From positions 896,001-960,000 of the forward strand of contig CAVVTZ010000007.1 of assembly GCA_963751275.1 (NCBI GenBank): a stretch of 64,000 bases of DNA. Direction: 5' to 3'. The DNA is from an uncultured Gemmatimonadaceae bacterium. Its GTDB lineage: Bacteria; Gemmatimonadota; Gemmatimonadetes; Gemmatimonadales; Gemmatimonadaceae. Positions 9,325-19,406 of the stretch are shown piece by piece. The notes beneath the pieces are model-generated. The model was not told where the DNA came from. It saw only the letters and a program-made list of their open reading frames with translations, and ran no database searches. Numbering within the stretch: position 1 is the first letter of the stretch; every line of letters begins with the position of its first letter. The position numbers were made by a program, and so were the translations under genes.

Positions 9325-11407
9325 AGTCGCGCCTCCTCGGGCTCTTCGTTTGCCTCGCGGCGTTCGGCGTGTATGCCGCCACGGCTTATCGTACCATCAA
9401 CTGGTGGGACGCGAGCGAGTATTCCCTCGTCGCGGTGTCGCTCGGCATTGCCCACCCGCCCGGATCCCTCTTGCTCACGTTATTGGGGTGGCTGTTTCTC
9501 CGCGTGCCGCTCGGCATCTCAGCGGCCCATCAACTCAGCCTCCTCGCCGGCGTACTAGCGGCGTCGACAGTGTATCTGACGTTCGTGATGGCGACGATGC
9601 TCGTTCGCCGTACGCAGCAACGCGATCCGATGGGGAATCCAAGCGAGTCCGTGATCCCTCTGGCCGCGGCAGCCGTCGCCAGCCTCAGCTTCGCATTCAG
9701 CCCGACTCTTTGGCTCTACGCGGTTCAGTTCACACCGTACGTGCTGAGCGGCCTCTTCAGTGCGCTGCTCCTGTTCACTCTCATTGGATGGTGGCAACAC
9801 GCCGACGACGCGCGAGGGTGGCTTTGGCTGCTTGCCTTTGCGCTGCTCCTCGGACTGGACTACAGCGTTCATCGCACGAATGCTCTGTTGGTCCCCGGTG
9901 CCGTTGCCTGGGTGATCATGCGCAAGCCGTCCACGCTGCGATCCGGAAAGGTGTGGGCGGTGTCGATCGGCGGATTGTTGGCTGGTCTGAGCGTCCAGCT
10001 GCTGCTTATCCCGATATCTCGCGCGCATCCCCTGTTCGACTTCGGGCGCACGGACAGTTGGCCGGGTTTCTACGACTATGAGTCGCTGCAGCGACTCGGC
10101 GGTGGCTTCCTTGTGAAGTTCTATCCGCGAAACGCTCCTCTCTGGACGGTGCAGGCGATGGACTTCGCCCGCGCGTTCGGAGCGAACTTTGGCTGGTGGT
10201 CTGGGCCCTGGCGAATCGTGGGTAGGCATTCTGGCCGGTATTCGCTCTGGTCGGCGCGGTCACGCTCTGGCGCCGGGATCGACGCCTGGCGTTGGCGTTC
10301 GGGATCCTTCTCGCGCTTCAGGCGGTCATGACCGTGGCATTCTTCAATATCCCGACCCATTTCTTCCGGACGTTCGACCGCCACTACCTGCCTGTATTCG
10401 TGACCTGGGCGGTCTTGCTCGTCTACGGCGCCTCGACCACCACCGAATGGCTATGGAGGAGGCTAGCGCGACGGTCGCCGAGACTGGCGATGATCGCGTT
10501 CATTCTCCCGGTGGTCCCAGCGGCGACGCAGTTGGCGCGCAACTGGCGATCGATCGACGGCTCCAAGCGGACATTCGCCCGCGACTTCGCCGTCAACATG
10601 CTGGCGGCGCTCCCGGAGCACGCCATCCTCTTCACGTTCGGCGACAACGACAGCTACCCGCTCTGGTACGAGCAAGCAGTCGAGCACGTCCGTCCGGACG
10701 TGCGAGTCTTGAATCTCTCGTTGCTCTACGCGGATTGGTACATTGGCGAGGTCGTGCGGGAAGATCCGCAGTTCCCGTTGCCGGCGGGATGGACGTTGCC
10801 GGCCATGTCTACGCCCTGGCGGGACACGACCATTATCGTATCCGTCGGACGCGCGGCGTTAGACCGCGACGTCCATGCGCCGGGCGATGGAGCCCGATCG
10901 GTCGCGTTGCACGTCGCGCCGGGCGAGGATGGGAACATCGGGCGATCAGATCTGCTGGTCGCAGCGATCGTGCAGGCCAACGCCTGGCGCCGTCCGCTCG
11001 CGACTTTCGCAGCGGTAACTCCCGCGGCGATACCCGCGCTCGCGCCGTTCGCGCGGCTTGAGGGATTGTTCTGGAGGTTCGTGCCGGAAGCGGACCCCCC
11101 ACTCGATCGCGAGACAGTGCGCACCGATCTGCTTCAGACGTACGTCTACCGCGGGTACTCGGATCCGAGCATAGCGCTGGATCTCACCGACAAGATGGTC
11201 GGCAGCATCTATTTCGATCCGCTGAAGACTCTGCTCCGCGCTGATGTCGCCGCTGGTGACTTCGCGGCGTGCGCACGCACGCGCGAACAGATGCTGAAGT
11301 GGCTTCCCCCCGCCCGACTCGGCTTGGACTCTGCGCAAACTCGCGATCTCATCCCCGAATGCAACGCCGATGCTAGCAGTTCCCGCGCGACGCTGCCAAC
11401 GCGATGA
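9321..11407 (+). CDS. DUF2723 / TMEM260-like membrane glycosyltransferase, frameshift near 10225
   Basis: WWDASEY...LGIAHPPG N-terminus; AILFTFGDNDSYPLWY...RPDVRVLNLSLL in the second frame. Confidence 0.85.
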
Positions 11408-11424
11408 AAGAGATCGGAGCGATG

Positions 11425-11595
11425 ATGCTGTCCGTTATGCTGCCCGTTCAGTGCGGCATTCTACGGCATGGAGGAAAGCAGAATCCGGCAGATCGCGCGA
11501 TTCATCAATGAGTTAACGGTTTCTTGCCGTCCTTTCGCGCCGTAAGTGCACTGCTGATAAGCGTGAGGTCCGAGGTTCAACTCCTCGCAGGCCCA
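11425..11595 (+). repeat. att-like site 1: 12-bp arm repeats plus exact tRNA-Ile 3' half (11554-11595)
   Basis: ATGCTGTCCGTT ATGCTGCCCGTT; CAGATCGCGCGAT; CTGATAAGCGTGAGGTCCGAGGTTCAACTCCTCGCAGGCCCA identical to the tRNA from the anticodon loop onward. Confidence 0.92.
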
Positions 11596-11857
11596 TGGAA
11601 GCGAAGATCACGCCCCGCTTCGACTTGACCGTCGGGGCGGGGCGATTCGCATCAGTGTACGCCCGCATGGCTTCGCGAAGATGTGCGGAATTGAGCGACC
11701 GAACCAGCGCGCGGCGCCAGCTTGAATTCGTCGAGTGGCTCGCCCAACGGCCTGTCGGTAAGTTGGTCGGTCGCGCGCGGCGTCCCGACCGCTGAACGCT
11801 CGTCGCCGTGATCGTGGTGTAGGTGGCGGCGTACGTTGGATTCCCGGAGATCATCGA

Positions 11858-12487
11858 GTGGCACCAAACGCCGAACCCCGTCCATCGGAAGTAGCGCGCC
11901 GTCTCTTCGAGGCATTCGAGAGTAAGCACTGGCTCGAAGTCGCTCGGCTGACGCACGCCGATGCGCTCTCCGAGTTTCGAGAGAGACATTCTGGAATGGC
12001 GAAGGCATTCGAGGCGCGTCGCCCACTCATGGAAACGCGCCCTCCAGAGCTGCCCGAGGCCGTTGCCAAGTACTTCGACGAGATGCAGACGCGTGTTAGG
12101 GCTCAGATGGGCAATCCAATCGTCATAGGATTCGCGCGCGTGCAGAGCTTCGCGGAGCTGGAACAACTCCCGCAGGACGAGTTCTATGCGCGTTGGCTCG
12201 AGGCTTCGGCTCCGCGCCCCGAGAACTACGATGATGGCCGCGGGCCCATCTCGAGGCGCAACGTGATAGGGGAGGTGCACGAGAGCCCTACGCTCGTGCA
12301 CGTGGTCTACCGCATCCAGACCGACGTGGGTCGGTACGGCAATACCGAGGAGACGGAGGTGATTACGGCCAAGCACACGCCGGATGGCTGGCGATTGCTC
12401 ATGACCCGGGATATGTCTTCCAGCGGCTCGATGCGTTTAACCACCTTTCGCCAAGAGCCGGGTGAGGCGCAGATCGACGGAGCGTGA
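11858..12487 (+). CDS. Hypothetical protein
   Basis: 209 aa ORF, GGAG upstream, protein-like composition. Confidence 0.7.
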   Translation: MAPNAEPRPSEVARRLFEAFESKHWLEVARLTHADALSEFRERHSGMAKAFEARRPLMETRPPELPEAVAKYFDEMQTRVRAQMGNPIVIGFARVQSFAELEQLPQDEFYARWLEASAPRPENYDDGRGPISRRNVIGEVHESPTLVHVVYRIQTDVGRYGNTEETEVITAKHTPDGWRLLMTRDMSSSGSMRLTTFRQEPGEAQIDGA

Positions 12488-12586
12488 TGCGGGCGCAGTG
12501 GTTCGTCTCCCATGCTGAGATGCTAGGCTGCGGAATCCCTGAACGATCACTGTTAGGAAGACTGACGTTCCTCGCTGGAGGCCGGC

Positions 12587-12874
12587 ATGACCGAGCCCGT
12601 TGCTCCGACTACATCCGAAGCTTTTCGCGGTATGGCATTGCGCGCCGTGATTTGGTGCGCCGTTGCCATCCCGTGCGGCATCGGGATTAGCAGGCTTTTC
12701 ACGAGTATGCACTGGCCTGGCAAGTATTACGCGACGTCCGCTGTCATACTCAGTAACACTTTCGTCCTGAATTGGCAGCCGCGGCTTACGAGAGCGGCTT
12801 GGGTGGAGCGGGTCACAATCTGGTTGGTGATCGTCTTGATCGCGGGTTACCTCTTCACGGCGAACAATGGCTGA
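12587..12874 (+). CDS. Small membrane protein
   Basis: GGAGG RBS, about 3 hydrophobic segments. Confidence 0.65.
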   Translation: MTEPVAPTTSEAFRGMALRAVIWCAVAIPCGIGISRLFTSMHWPGKYYATSAVILSNTFVLNWQPRLTRAAWVERVTIWLVIVLIAGYLFTANNG

Positions 12875-12991
12875 TACGGACGCATAGAGGTAGCGCGATA
12901 AGCATTGCGTCTTAGCTTCGTTTTCCTGACCGATTGAGACCTGGAGCCGCACCTGCGACGACTGCTTGGCTACTATCAACTATACGGTGCA

Positions 12992-13417
12992 ATGGCTGGG
13001 TTGGCAGTCACCCTCTGGGCTGGCCTCCACACCGGCACTCTCCTGAGCAGCGGCACGCTCGCTCTGACTATCCCGTTCGGCCTTGTTGGTACGGCCGGCC
13101 GCTGGATGCTTCGAGGTCGAACGGGCGCCCGGCGACTCACCGCAGTTGCTCAGCTGCTGCAGATCCCGATCATTCTCTTACCACAGTTTTCTTGGAAGTT
13201 CATTGCCGGCGCTATTCTCTCGATCACGATGACTGAAGCGGAAACGCGCATGTATCTGGGCGTTGAGGCGACCTGGAGTGTTGGTCACCGTGTCCTAACG
13301 GTCGCACCAGCCGTTGGCCTGAACATTCTTCCTCTGATCGCGCTAGGCTGCCTCTTTCTTGTGAAGCCGCCGCCCACGATTCACGACGGGCTAACTTCCG
13401 TTTCAGCCGACCGCTGA
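12992..13417 (+). CDS. Membrane hypothetical protein, possibly 5'-truncated
   Basis: Several hydrophobic segments; start uncertain. Confidence 0.55.
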   Translation: MAGLAVTLWAGLHTGTLLSSGTLALTIPFGLVGTAGRWMLRGRTGARRLTAVAQLLQIPIILLPQFSWKFIAGAILSITMTEAETRMYLGVEATWSVGHRVLTVAPAVGLNILPLIALGCLFLVKPPPTIHDGLTSVSADR

Positions 13418-13632
13418 GCTATGGAGTGCGCGCGTCGCTTGCGCGATCGCATCGCCCGCAGCTGAGCGCACTTTGTCAGCTGACCTCTCGGGACCCTATC
13501 GAATGCCCATATCGCGGGACGCAACTTGACGTAGCCCCCGCAAACGGGACCAACTAGTCTGGGTTCTGCGATAGGTTGGTCGTGCAGGCTCGACGGATGA
13601 AGGTCCGTGACCGCCGTGACCGCCGTGACCGT

Positions 13633-13822
13633 GGTGTAAGTTGTGGTGTAAGTTGGACCCGGCATCCTGCCGAATCGAGGGCCCAAAGTCCGGGCAGATC
13701 GCGCGATCCGCTCTATGAAAGACGGCATCGTGCCGGACTTCGGCCTACTATAGAAAGGCCTGATAAGCGTGAGGTCCGAGGTGGAGCTTCGCTCTCCTGC
13801 GGATCAACTCCTCGCAGGCCCA
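13633..13822 (+). repeat. att-like site 2: arm plus tRNA 3' half with 21-nt T-loop insertion
   Basis: GGTGTAAGTT twice; tRNA match 13758-13822 interrupted by GGAGCTTCGCTCTCCTGCGGA (13783-13803). Confidence 0.92.
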
Positions 13823-13932
13823 TACGTCCGAAGATCACGCCCCGCTCGAGCTTAGCGCTCGGGCGGGGCGTTTCGTTTCCGGCGTTGCCTATCTACCCGG
13901 TCTCTTCCATTGCGCAACAGTCATCCTGGGAG

Positions 13933-13961
13933 TTGCGAAGTGTATATGTCCATCGTATACT
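13933..13961 (+). promoter_or_regulatory. Sigma70-like promoter of brnTA, probably leaderless, with overlapping inverted repeat
   Basis: TTGCGA, 17 bp, TATACT; GTG start 7 nt downstream; GTATA/TATAC inverted pair. Confidence 0.65.
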
Positions 13962-13967
13962 TTAGCC

Positions 13968-14276
13968 GTGCCTGATCTGGACGAATTGCTCGCCGGAATG
14001 GAAGGATTCCAGTGGGACGCTGGCAACACGGACAAGAACGTGCTCGGCCACGATGTCACCCGATCGGAAGCCGAGGAGATGTTCTTTCACGCGCCGGTCG
14101 TCTTGCTCGAGGACGCCAAGCATTCCGTCGCCGAGTCGCGCTTCTTGATCTACGGCCCGACGAACGCCGGGCGCCTGCTGACAGCCGCGTTCGTCATAAG
14201 GGGTAAACGCATTCGAGTCATTTCGGTTCGCGACATGAGCCGCCAGGAGCGCCGCCGCTATGCCAAAACGCCATAA
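13968..14276 (+). CDS. brnT: BrnT family toxin (DUF497)
   Basis: FQWDAGN..KN..H.V..EAEE.F, HS..ESRF..G.T..GRLL..F..RG.RIRVISVR.MSR.ERR.Y. Confidence 0.93.
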   Translation: MPDLDELLAGMEGFQWDAGNTDKNVLGHDVTRSEAEEMFFHAPVVLLEDAKHSVAESRFLIYGPTNAGRLLTAAFVIRGKRIRVISVRDMSRQERRRYAKTP

Positions 14277-14577
14277 GAAGCTGAAGCCGATCCCGCATTT
14301 TCGCTCGGACGAAGAGGCCGGCAAGTTCTGGATGACGCACGACACGACGGCGTACGCGGACTGGAGCAAAGCACGCTTCGTCTCCTTCCCAAGCCTCCGG
14401 CCGTCGACGGCCACAATCTCGTTGCGGCTGCCTCAAAGCCTCCTCGATGAGCTTCGGACGCTGGCGAATCAACGCGATGTGCCGTATCAGTCGCTCCTCA
14501 AGGTCTATCTCGCGGAGCGCATCGCGCAGGAGCGCCGTCCCGTGCACCCGCGACGGCGTTCGCGCGCGAGCGCCTAG
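14260..14577 (+). CDS. brnA: BrnA/CopG family antitoxin
   Basis: IPHFRSDEEAGKFW.THD, TISLRLP...VPYQSLLKVYLAERI; overlaps the toxin. Confidence 0.9.
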   Translation: MPKRHKKLKPIPHFRSDEEAGKFWMTHDTTAYADWSKARFVSFPSLRPSTATISLRLPQSLLDELRTLANQRDVPYQSLLKVYLAERIAQERRPVHPRRRSRASA

Positions 14578-14625
14578 CAGGCCCATGCGCCTGTTCGTAC
14601 GCCGTCCGGCGCTCGCCACTACGCA

Positions 14626-14940
14626 ATGGCGCTATCGATCATGGTCGGTGGTGGCATCGCCAATCTGCTGGATCTTCTCCTCCACGGCTCCGTGACGGAC
14701 TTCATCGTGCTTCGAGTCCTTGGATATCGATTTGGCATCTTCAACCTGGCCGACATTGCGATCGTGTTCGGGGGCCTGCTATTCCTGTTCCTGCGCATAC
14801 GTGACGGGATTCGGGAGGAGGGTTGGCGCAGGGCGCTCTTCTCATTCTCATTGTCGCCAGATGTGTTGCTTCTGCCTCCGTCCATGCGGCCGGCGAAGCG
14901 CCCAAGCACGCCTCCTCCGACCAGCGGTCCCGGGCGATAG
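14626..14940 (+). pseudogene. lspA: C-terminal fragment of signal peptidase II
   Basis: GGGIANLLD..HGSVTDFI...GIFNLADIAI; N-terminal half with the N.G.AF motif is absent. Confidence 0.75.
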
Positions 14941-15006
14941 GTAATGAGTGGCGATCCATCGGCCTGGATCGAGAGGCCGGAACGCCGGGTGTCGTAGGGC
15001 CGCCGC

Positions 15007-15196
15007 GGTGTAAGTCGCGGTGTGAGTTCAACCCGGCATCCTGCTGTGTCTCGAGTCCGAAGTCCGGGCAGATCGCGCGATCCGCTCTATGAAACACGGC
15101 ATCGTGCCGGACTTCGACCTACTGTAGAATGGCCTGATAAGCGTGAGGTCCGAGGTGGAGCTTCGCTCTCCTGCGGATCAACTCCTCGCAGGCCCA
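15007..15196 (+). repeat. att-like site 3: arm plus tRNA 3' half with 21-nt insertion
   Basis: Colinear with 13633-13822; tRNA match 15132-15196, insertion 15157-15177. Confidence 0.92.
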
Positions 15197-15324
15197 TTCG
15201 AGTGAAGACTGCGCCCCGCTTCGACTCAACCGTCGAGGCGGGGCGTTTCGTTATGAGGACTCGGGCCGAGTGTCGCTCAGGTCTGGCCTGCTAAGAACCG
15301 TTCACCCGTCGGCCGCAACGACGG

Positions 15325-15489
15325 TTAGGCAGCTGCTCGGATGCGCAGCGCGAGGACGACAAACAGAGCACCGGATGCGAACAACCCCAGGGCACGCAGG
15401 AGATGTCCCGACGAAACGGCGAGTGCGGCAACCACCGCGAATGCTACTGCAACAACATAGGCCAACCACAACTGTGCGTTCTTGCCCAT
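15325..15489 (-). CDS. 54-aa two-helix membrane protein, not in the ORF track
   Basis: MGKNAQLWLAYVVAVAFAVVAALAVSSGHLLRALGLFASGALFVVLALRIRAAA with GGAG RBS. Confidence 0.6.
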   Translation of the reverse strand: MGKNAQLWLAYVVAVAFAVVAALAVSSGHLLRALGLFASGALFVVLALRIRAAA

Positions 15490-15818
15490 AGTCGTACTCC
15501 TGCGCTCGGAGTCTGTCTATCGCGGATGATGCGGCGCTCGGCACGTGGGCGCAAGGAAGATCTCTCTGACTCGAGGGGAAATCGTTAGCTGATGGAGGTG
15601 AGCGGCGGAACGACGGTGATCGGCGTGACCGCCGTTCTCACGGTCCATGTGCGGCTTCAGCGGGGTGCCCCGGAGCGTGTGCAAGCCGCGAGGTGCGATT
15701 CGTCTCCCTGCTGGGTGACTCTGGTCCGAGCCACGCCGCCGTCCGCGAGCCACCCCGCGCGGCAGAATACGGGAGATGCCGCGGGCGTTGCGACGTCGAT
15801 CGAGCCTCGGGTGGCATT

Positions 15819-16481
15819 GTGAGCGCCGAGTCCGCCCTTGACGCTCGCGGGAGCGCACGGATTTCGACCCTCGAACTGTTCGGCCTGCTGTGCGCGGCTA
15901 CACTCGCGATGGCATTCTACACCAACGAGGTGGTCCTCACTCGCGACGCATACCACTCGATGCTGGGCGGTCAACTGGATGCGAGTCGCATTGATGTCCT
16001 CTACCAGCTCACCCGCAAGATGCAGGTCCTCGGATATGTGCTCGCGCCGCTCTTCCTGGCGCTCCAGCTTTGGTTCCTGGCGTTCGTCGTACAGTTGTGC
16101 GCCCTCCTCTTCGGGAATGAAGTCGCGTTGGGCGCGATGTTCCGGCTCAGTGTCGTCGCGCGTTTCGCGATCCTCGCTGACACGGCCGCGCGCTCCTTCT
16201 GGCTCGGCACGATGCCGGCGTCGAGCGTGACCAAAGAGATGCTGAGTGTCGTGCCCTGGTCGTTCGCCGGGCTCTTCATGCGACCGGAGGATGCGCTCAG
16301 CCCTTCCTATGCGTTCGCCGCGGCGATCAATCCTGCGGAGCTCGCTTGGTGCTTGATCATGGTCGTCGGCCTGGCGCGGGGCGCCAAGATGACGATGGCG
16401 CGATCCGCGGCCGTCGTCGGTGGAATCTGGCTCGCCGCGCAGCTCATGAGCTACGTTCTGAGATCGTTCCTGACGCCATAG
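15819..16481 (+). CDS. Yip1-like membrane protein
   Basis: About 5 TM segments, INPAELAWC..M..GL motif; start approximate. Confidence 0.6.
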   Translation: MSAESALDARGSARISTLELFGLLCAATLAMAFYTNEVVLTRDAYHSMLGGQLDASRIDVLYQLTRKMQVLGYVLAPLFLALQLWFLAFVVQLCALLFGNEVALGAMFRLSVVARFAILADTAARSFWLGTMPASSVTKEMLSVVPWSFAGLFMRPEDALSPSYAFAAAINPAELAWCLIMVVGLARGAKMTMARSAAVVGGIWLAAQLMSYVLRSFLTP

Positions 16482-16539
16482 CATGCGCCGCACTGTCGCG
16501 CGGGCCGTTGAATCCATCTATGCTGAGGCTCGTTGAATC

Positions 16540-17253
16540 ATGATCGTCGTTTCCGGACTTGAGAAACGCTATCGGAACGTCCACGCGCTCCGAGGCGTCT
16601 CCTTCGAGGTGCCGCAAGGGGCGATCGTCGGACTCCTTGGACGGAACGGCGCGGGGAAGACCACCACGCTGCAATGCATTGCCGGCATCACGCGACCGGA
16701 CCAGGGAACGATCGTGATCGCCGGCCAGCGACTTGACGAGGCGCCGATCGAAGCCAGGCGCCGGCTGGCATTCATTCCCGACGAGCCGGAGTTCTTCGAC
16801 TATCTCACCGTGGACGAGCACATGGGCTTCTTCCGCCAGCTATACCCTGACGCGGAGGTGATCGACCCTGACCCGCTGTCCACCTTCGGCCTCGAGGAGA
16901 AGCGGGGGGCATTCCCCGATGAGTTGTCCCGCGGCATGAGGCAGAAGCTGGCCATGGCGTGCACGCTCTGGAGGCGGGCGGACGCCGTGCTGCTGGATGA
17001 ACCGCTCACGGGCCTCGACCCTTCCGGCATTGCGGAGGCGAAGCGTCTCGTGCGAGCGCTGGCCGCACAGGGCTCGGCGGTCCTGCTGAGCTCACATCTG
17101 CTGCATCTCGTGCGGGAACTCTGCTCGCGCATAGTCGTGATCGAACGCGGGGCGATCGTTGCCGACCAGGCGATCGCCAACGCAGCTGGCGCTGCCGGCG
17201 ACGAGCTCGAGCGGTTCTTCTCTCCGACTCTCCGCGAAGCGTCCGATTCGTGA
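16540..17253 (+). CDS. ABC transporter ATP-binding protein
   Basis: GRNGAGKTT, LSRGM, LLDEP, SSH motifs. Confidence 0.95.
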   Translation: MIVVSGLEKRYRNVHALRGVSFEVPQGAIVGLLGRNGAGKTTTLQCIAGITRPDQGTIVIAGQRLDEAPIEARRRLAFIPDEPEFFDYLTVDEHMGFFRQLYPDAEVIDPDPLSTFGLEEKRGAFPDELSRGMRQKLAMACTLWRRADAVLLDEPLTGLDPSGIAEAKRLVRALAAQGSAVLLSSHLLHLVRELCSRIVVIERGAIVADQAIANAAGAAGDELERFFSPTLREASDS

Positions 17254-18911
17254 CGGTGCCTCTCCGCTTCTTCGCGCTTCGTTCCTTCCGGAATGCAGCG
17301 GCCCGCCAGATCCGCACACCGCGCGGCGCCGCAGCGGTCGTGATCGGCGCGGTGTACGCGGGCTGGATGCTCCTCGGCCAGCGTCCTCTCCTGACGATCG
17401 TCGATGCAGCGTGGGTCGGCCGCATCGGGGCTGCCGCGGCGTTCCTCGCTTCGGGCATGGCATGGTGGCAAGGATCACGGCGCATCGCGTTACGCGCACC
17501 GGAGCGCCAGTGGCTCGCGACCGCGCCGATCACCAGCGGACGGGTCCTCAGCTTTCATGCACTGGGACGCGTGCCGACGCTGCTGCTCAGCGCCGGCGTT
17601 CTCGCGGTAATCCTGAGGGCACCCACAATATTTGGCACCCTCTACCGTGGCGCGGCGATCGTCGTGGTCCTCGGGGTCGTCGAGGCGCACCAGCTGATCG
17701 CTGCCGTCGTGGCGGAACGAGTTGATCGAGGCATACGGCGCGCCGCGACCCTTCGCTGGTTCGTGCGAGTCGGTTACTGCGGGCTGGCCCTGGCCGCAAT
17801 CGCTGTCGGCGTGGCGGCGCTGTTCGCGGTGCAGGATCTGGCGGCGCGCGCTGCGTTCCGCGCGTGGGCACAGCGGGTGGCCGACAACGACGTGTGGTTC
17901 GCTTTCGGTCCCTTCACGGTGCTGGCGCGCGGCGTACTCGAGGATGGCGGCGGCGAACGCATGCGGGCGCTGGGAACGGCCATCCTGCTGCTCGCGGTCG
18001 AGCTGGCCTGGCTCGCTCGGGCGGGCATTGCGTGGCCGGAGCAGGCCGCGGAGACTCGCAGGGCCGGCAATGGGCGGCGAATGTTTCGCCGTGCGCCGCC
18101 TTCGTTGTTTCCGGGCAGGCTACTGCGGGGGTCCGAGTTCGCGTTCGCCTGGAAGAACATGCTCACGGCACCTCGAACGCAGCGGCTGGCGCCGCAGCTT
18201 GCCCTGTGCGTCGCCGTGCCGCTGTTGCTGTGGTTGACGGCGACTCCGATCTTTCACCGTTTCACAGAGTTCGCGTTCGGGCTCTCCTCCGTGTGGGGAC
18301 TGACGCTGATCGCCGCCGGACCGATGCTGATCCGCAACGATCTGCGCATGGATCTTCCACGGCTCCGGCTGCTCAAGTCACTACCGTTGCGTTCGAGGAG
18401 ACTCTTGATGGCCGAGAGTCTTCCGGCCGCCATCCTCCTATGGTGCTTCCAGCTCGTACTCGTTTCGCTGGCGTGGGTCGCGCTCGCGCCGAACCCAGTC
18501 ATGGCCGGGGTTGGCGCCCTTGGCTGGCCGATCGTGATCGCCACGATCATTGCGCTGGCAGGGGTCAATCTCGCAGTGGTGCTCTGTCACACGCTCGTGG
18601 CGCTGTGGCTCCCTTCGCTCTCCCTGCTCGGTGTGGCACGTTCCTCGAGGATCCGGGGAGGTGGGCAGTACTACCTGTTGCTCACGGCTGCCCTGGTGCA
18701 GTTCGCGATCATCATGCTCCTGCCCGCCCTGGTGGGGCTCATCGCGTTCGGCGCCACGCAGGCATCGTGGGGCAGGGCGCCGGCGGCCATTCTCGCGGGA
18801 GCCGCGATAGGCATGGTGGCACTGGCCGAAGCCATGGTGTTGGTCGCACTGGGAGGGCGTGCGTTCGAGAGATTGAATGTGTCGGAAGTACCTCGCTCGG
18901 CGACCGGATGA
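17250..18911 (+). CDS. Putative ABC exporter permease
   Basis: Multi-TM, AFAWKN, RNDLRMDL..LKSLPL; overlaps the ATPase stop. Confidence 0.8.
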   Translation: MTVPLRFFALRSFRNAAARQIRTPRGAAAVVIGAVYAGWMLLGQRPLLTIVDAAWVGRIGAAAAFLASGMAWWQGSRRIALRAPERQWLATAPITSGRVLSFHALGRVPTLLLSAGVLAVILRAPTIFGTLYRGAAIVVVLGVVEAHQLIAAVVAERVDRGIRRAATLRWFVRVGYCGLALAAIAVGVAALFAVQDLAARAAFRAWAQRVADNDVWFAFGPFTVLARGVLEDGGGERMRALGTAILLLAVELAWLARAGIAWPEQAAETRRAGNGRRMFRRAPPSLFPGRLLRGSEFAFAWKNMLTAPRTQRLAPQLALCVAVPLLLWLTATPIFHRFTEFAFGLSSVWGLTLIAAGPMLIRNDLRMDLPRLRLLKSLPLRSRRLLMAESLPAAILLWCFQLVLVSLAWVALAPNPVMAGVGALGWPIVIATIIALAGVNLAVVLCHTLVALWLPSLSLLGVARSSRIRGGGQYYLLLTAALVQFAIIMLLPALVGLIAFGATQASWGRAPAAILAGAAIGMVALAEAMVLVALGGRAFERLNVSEVPRSATG

Positions 18912-19052
18912 CCTCGGGGGCAAGGCTCGTGAAGCAACGCCCGTACCAGACTAATCACCTTCATTCCGTCAGAGACACGGAGTTCGTCACGGCGAAGCAG
19001 GGTGTTAAGTCGCGGCCCGGGCGCGCGTGAGACGGAGCGCGCGACTCTTCGC

Positions 19053-19242
19053 GGTGTAAGTTGTGGCGTAAGTTCGACCCAGCTTCCTGCTGTTTCTATG
19101 GGTCGAAATCCGGGCAGATCGCGCAATCCGCTCTATGAAACACGGCATAGTCCCGGAACTCGGCCTACTATAGAAAGGCCTGATAAGCGTGAGGTCCGAG
19201 GTGGAGCTTCGCTCTCCTGCGGATCAACTCCTCGCGGGCCCA
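19053..19242 (+). repeat. att-like site 4: arm plus tRNA 3' half with 21-nt insertion
   Basis: Colinear with sites 2 and 3; tRNA match 19178-19242, insertion 19203-19223. Confidence 0.92.
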
Positions 19243-19406
19243 TATCGATCAAGATCACGCCCCGCTTGAGGCAGCCTGCACAAGCGGGGCGTTGTCGAAT
19301 CCACGCGACGTGAACCTCGCCGAGCACGCGCGCAGCGCCAGGCTTACCCCTACATAACGCCAGCGAATGCGACCACAGTCGCGTGACCTGACGTGCGCTA
19401 TCCTGA

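Noticed and set aside
13576..13965. ORFs 13576-13965, 15022-15294 and 19002-19313 sharing PDKREVRGGASLSCGSTPR
   Set aside because: Translations of the repeated att DNA with inconsistent starts and ends; conservation is explained at the DNA level.
15270..15588. Cys-rich short ORFs as RiPP precursors beside the ABC exporter
   Set aside because: They overlap a more plausible membrane ORF, and no modifying enzymes are nearby.
11554..19242. tRNA fragments as extra tRNA genes or intron-containing tRNAs
   Set aside because: They lack the 5' acceptor strand and D arm, so no cloverleaf is possible.
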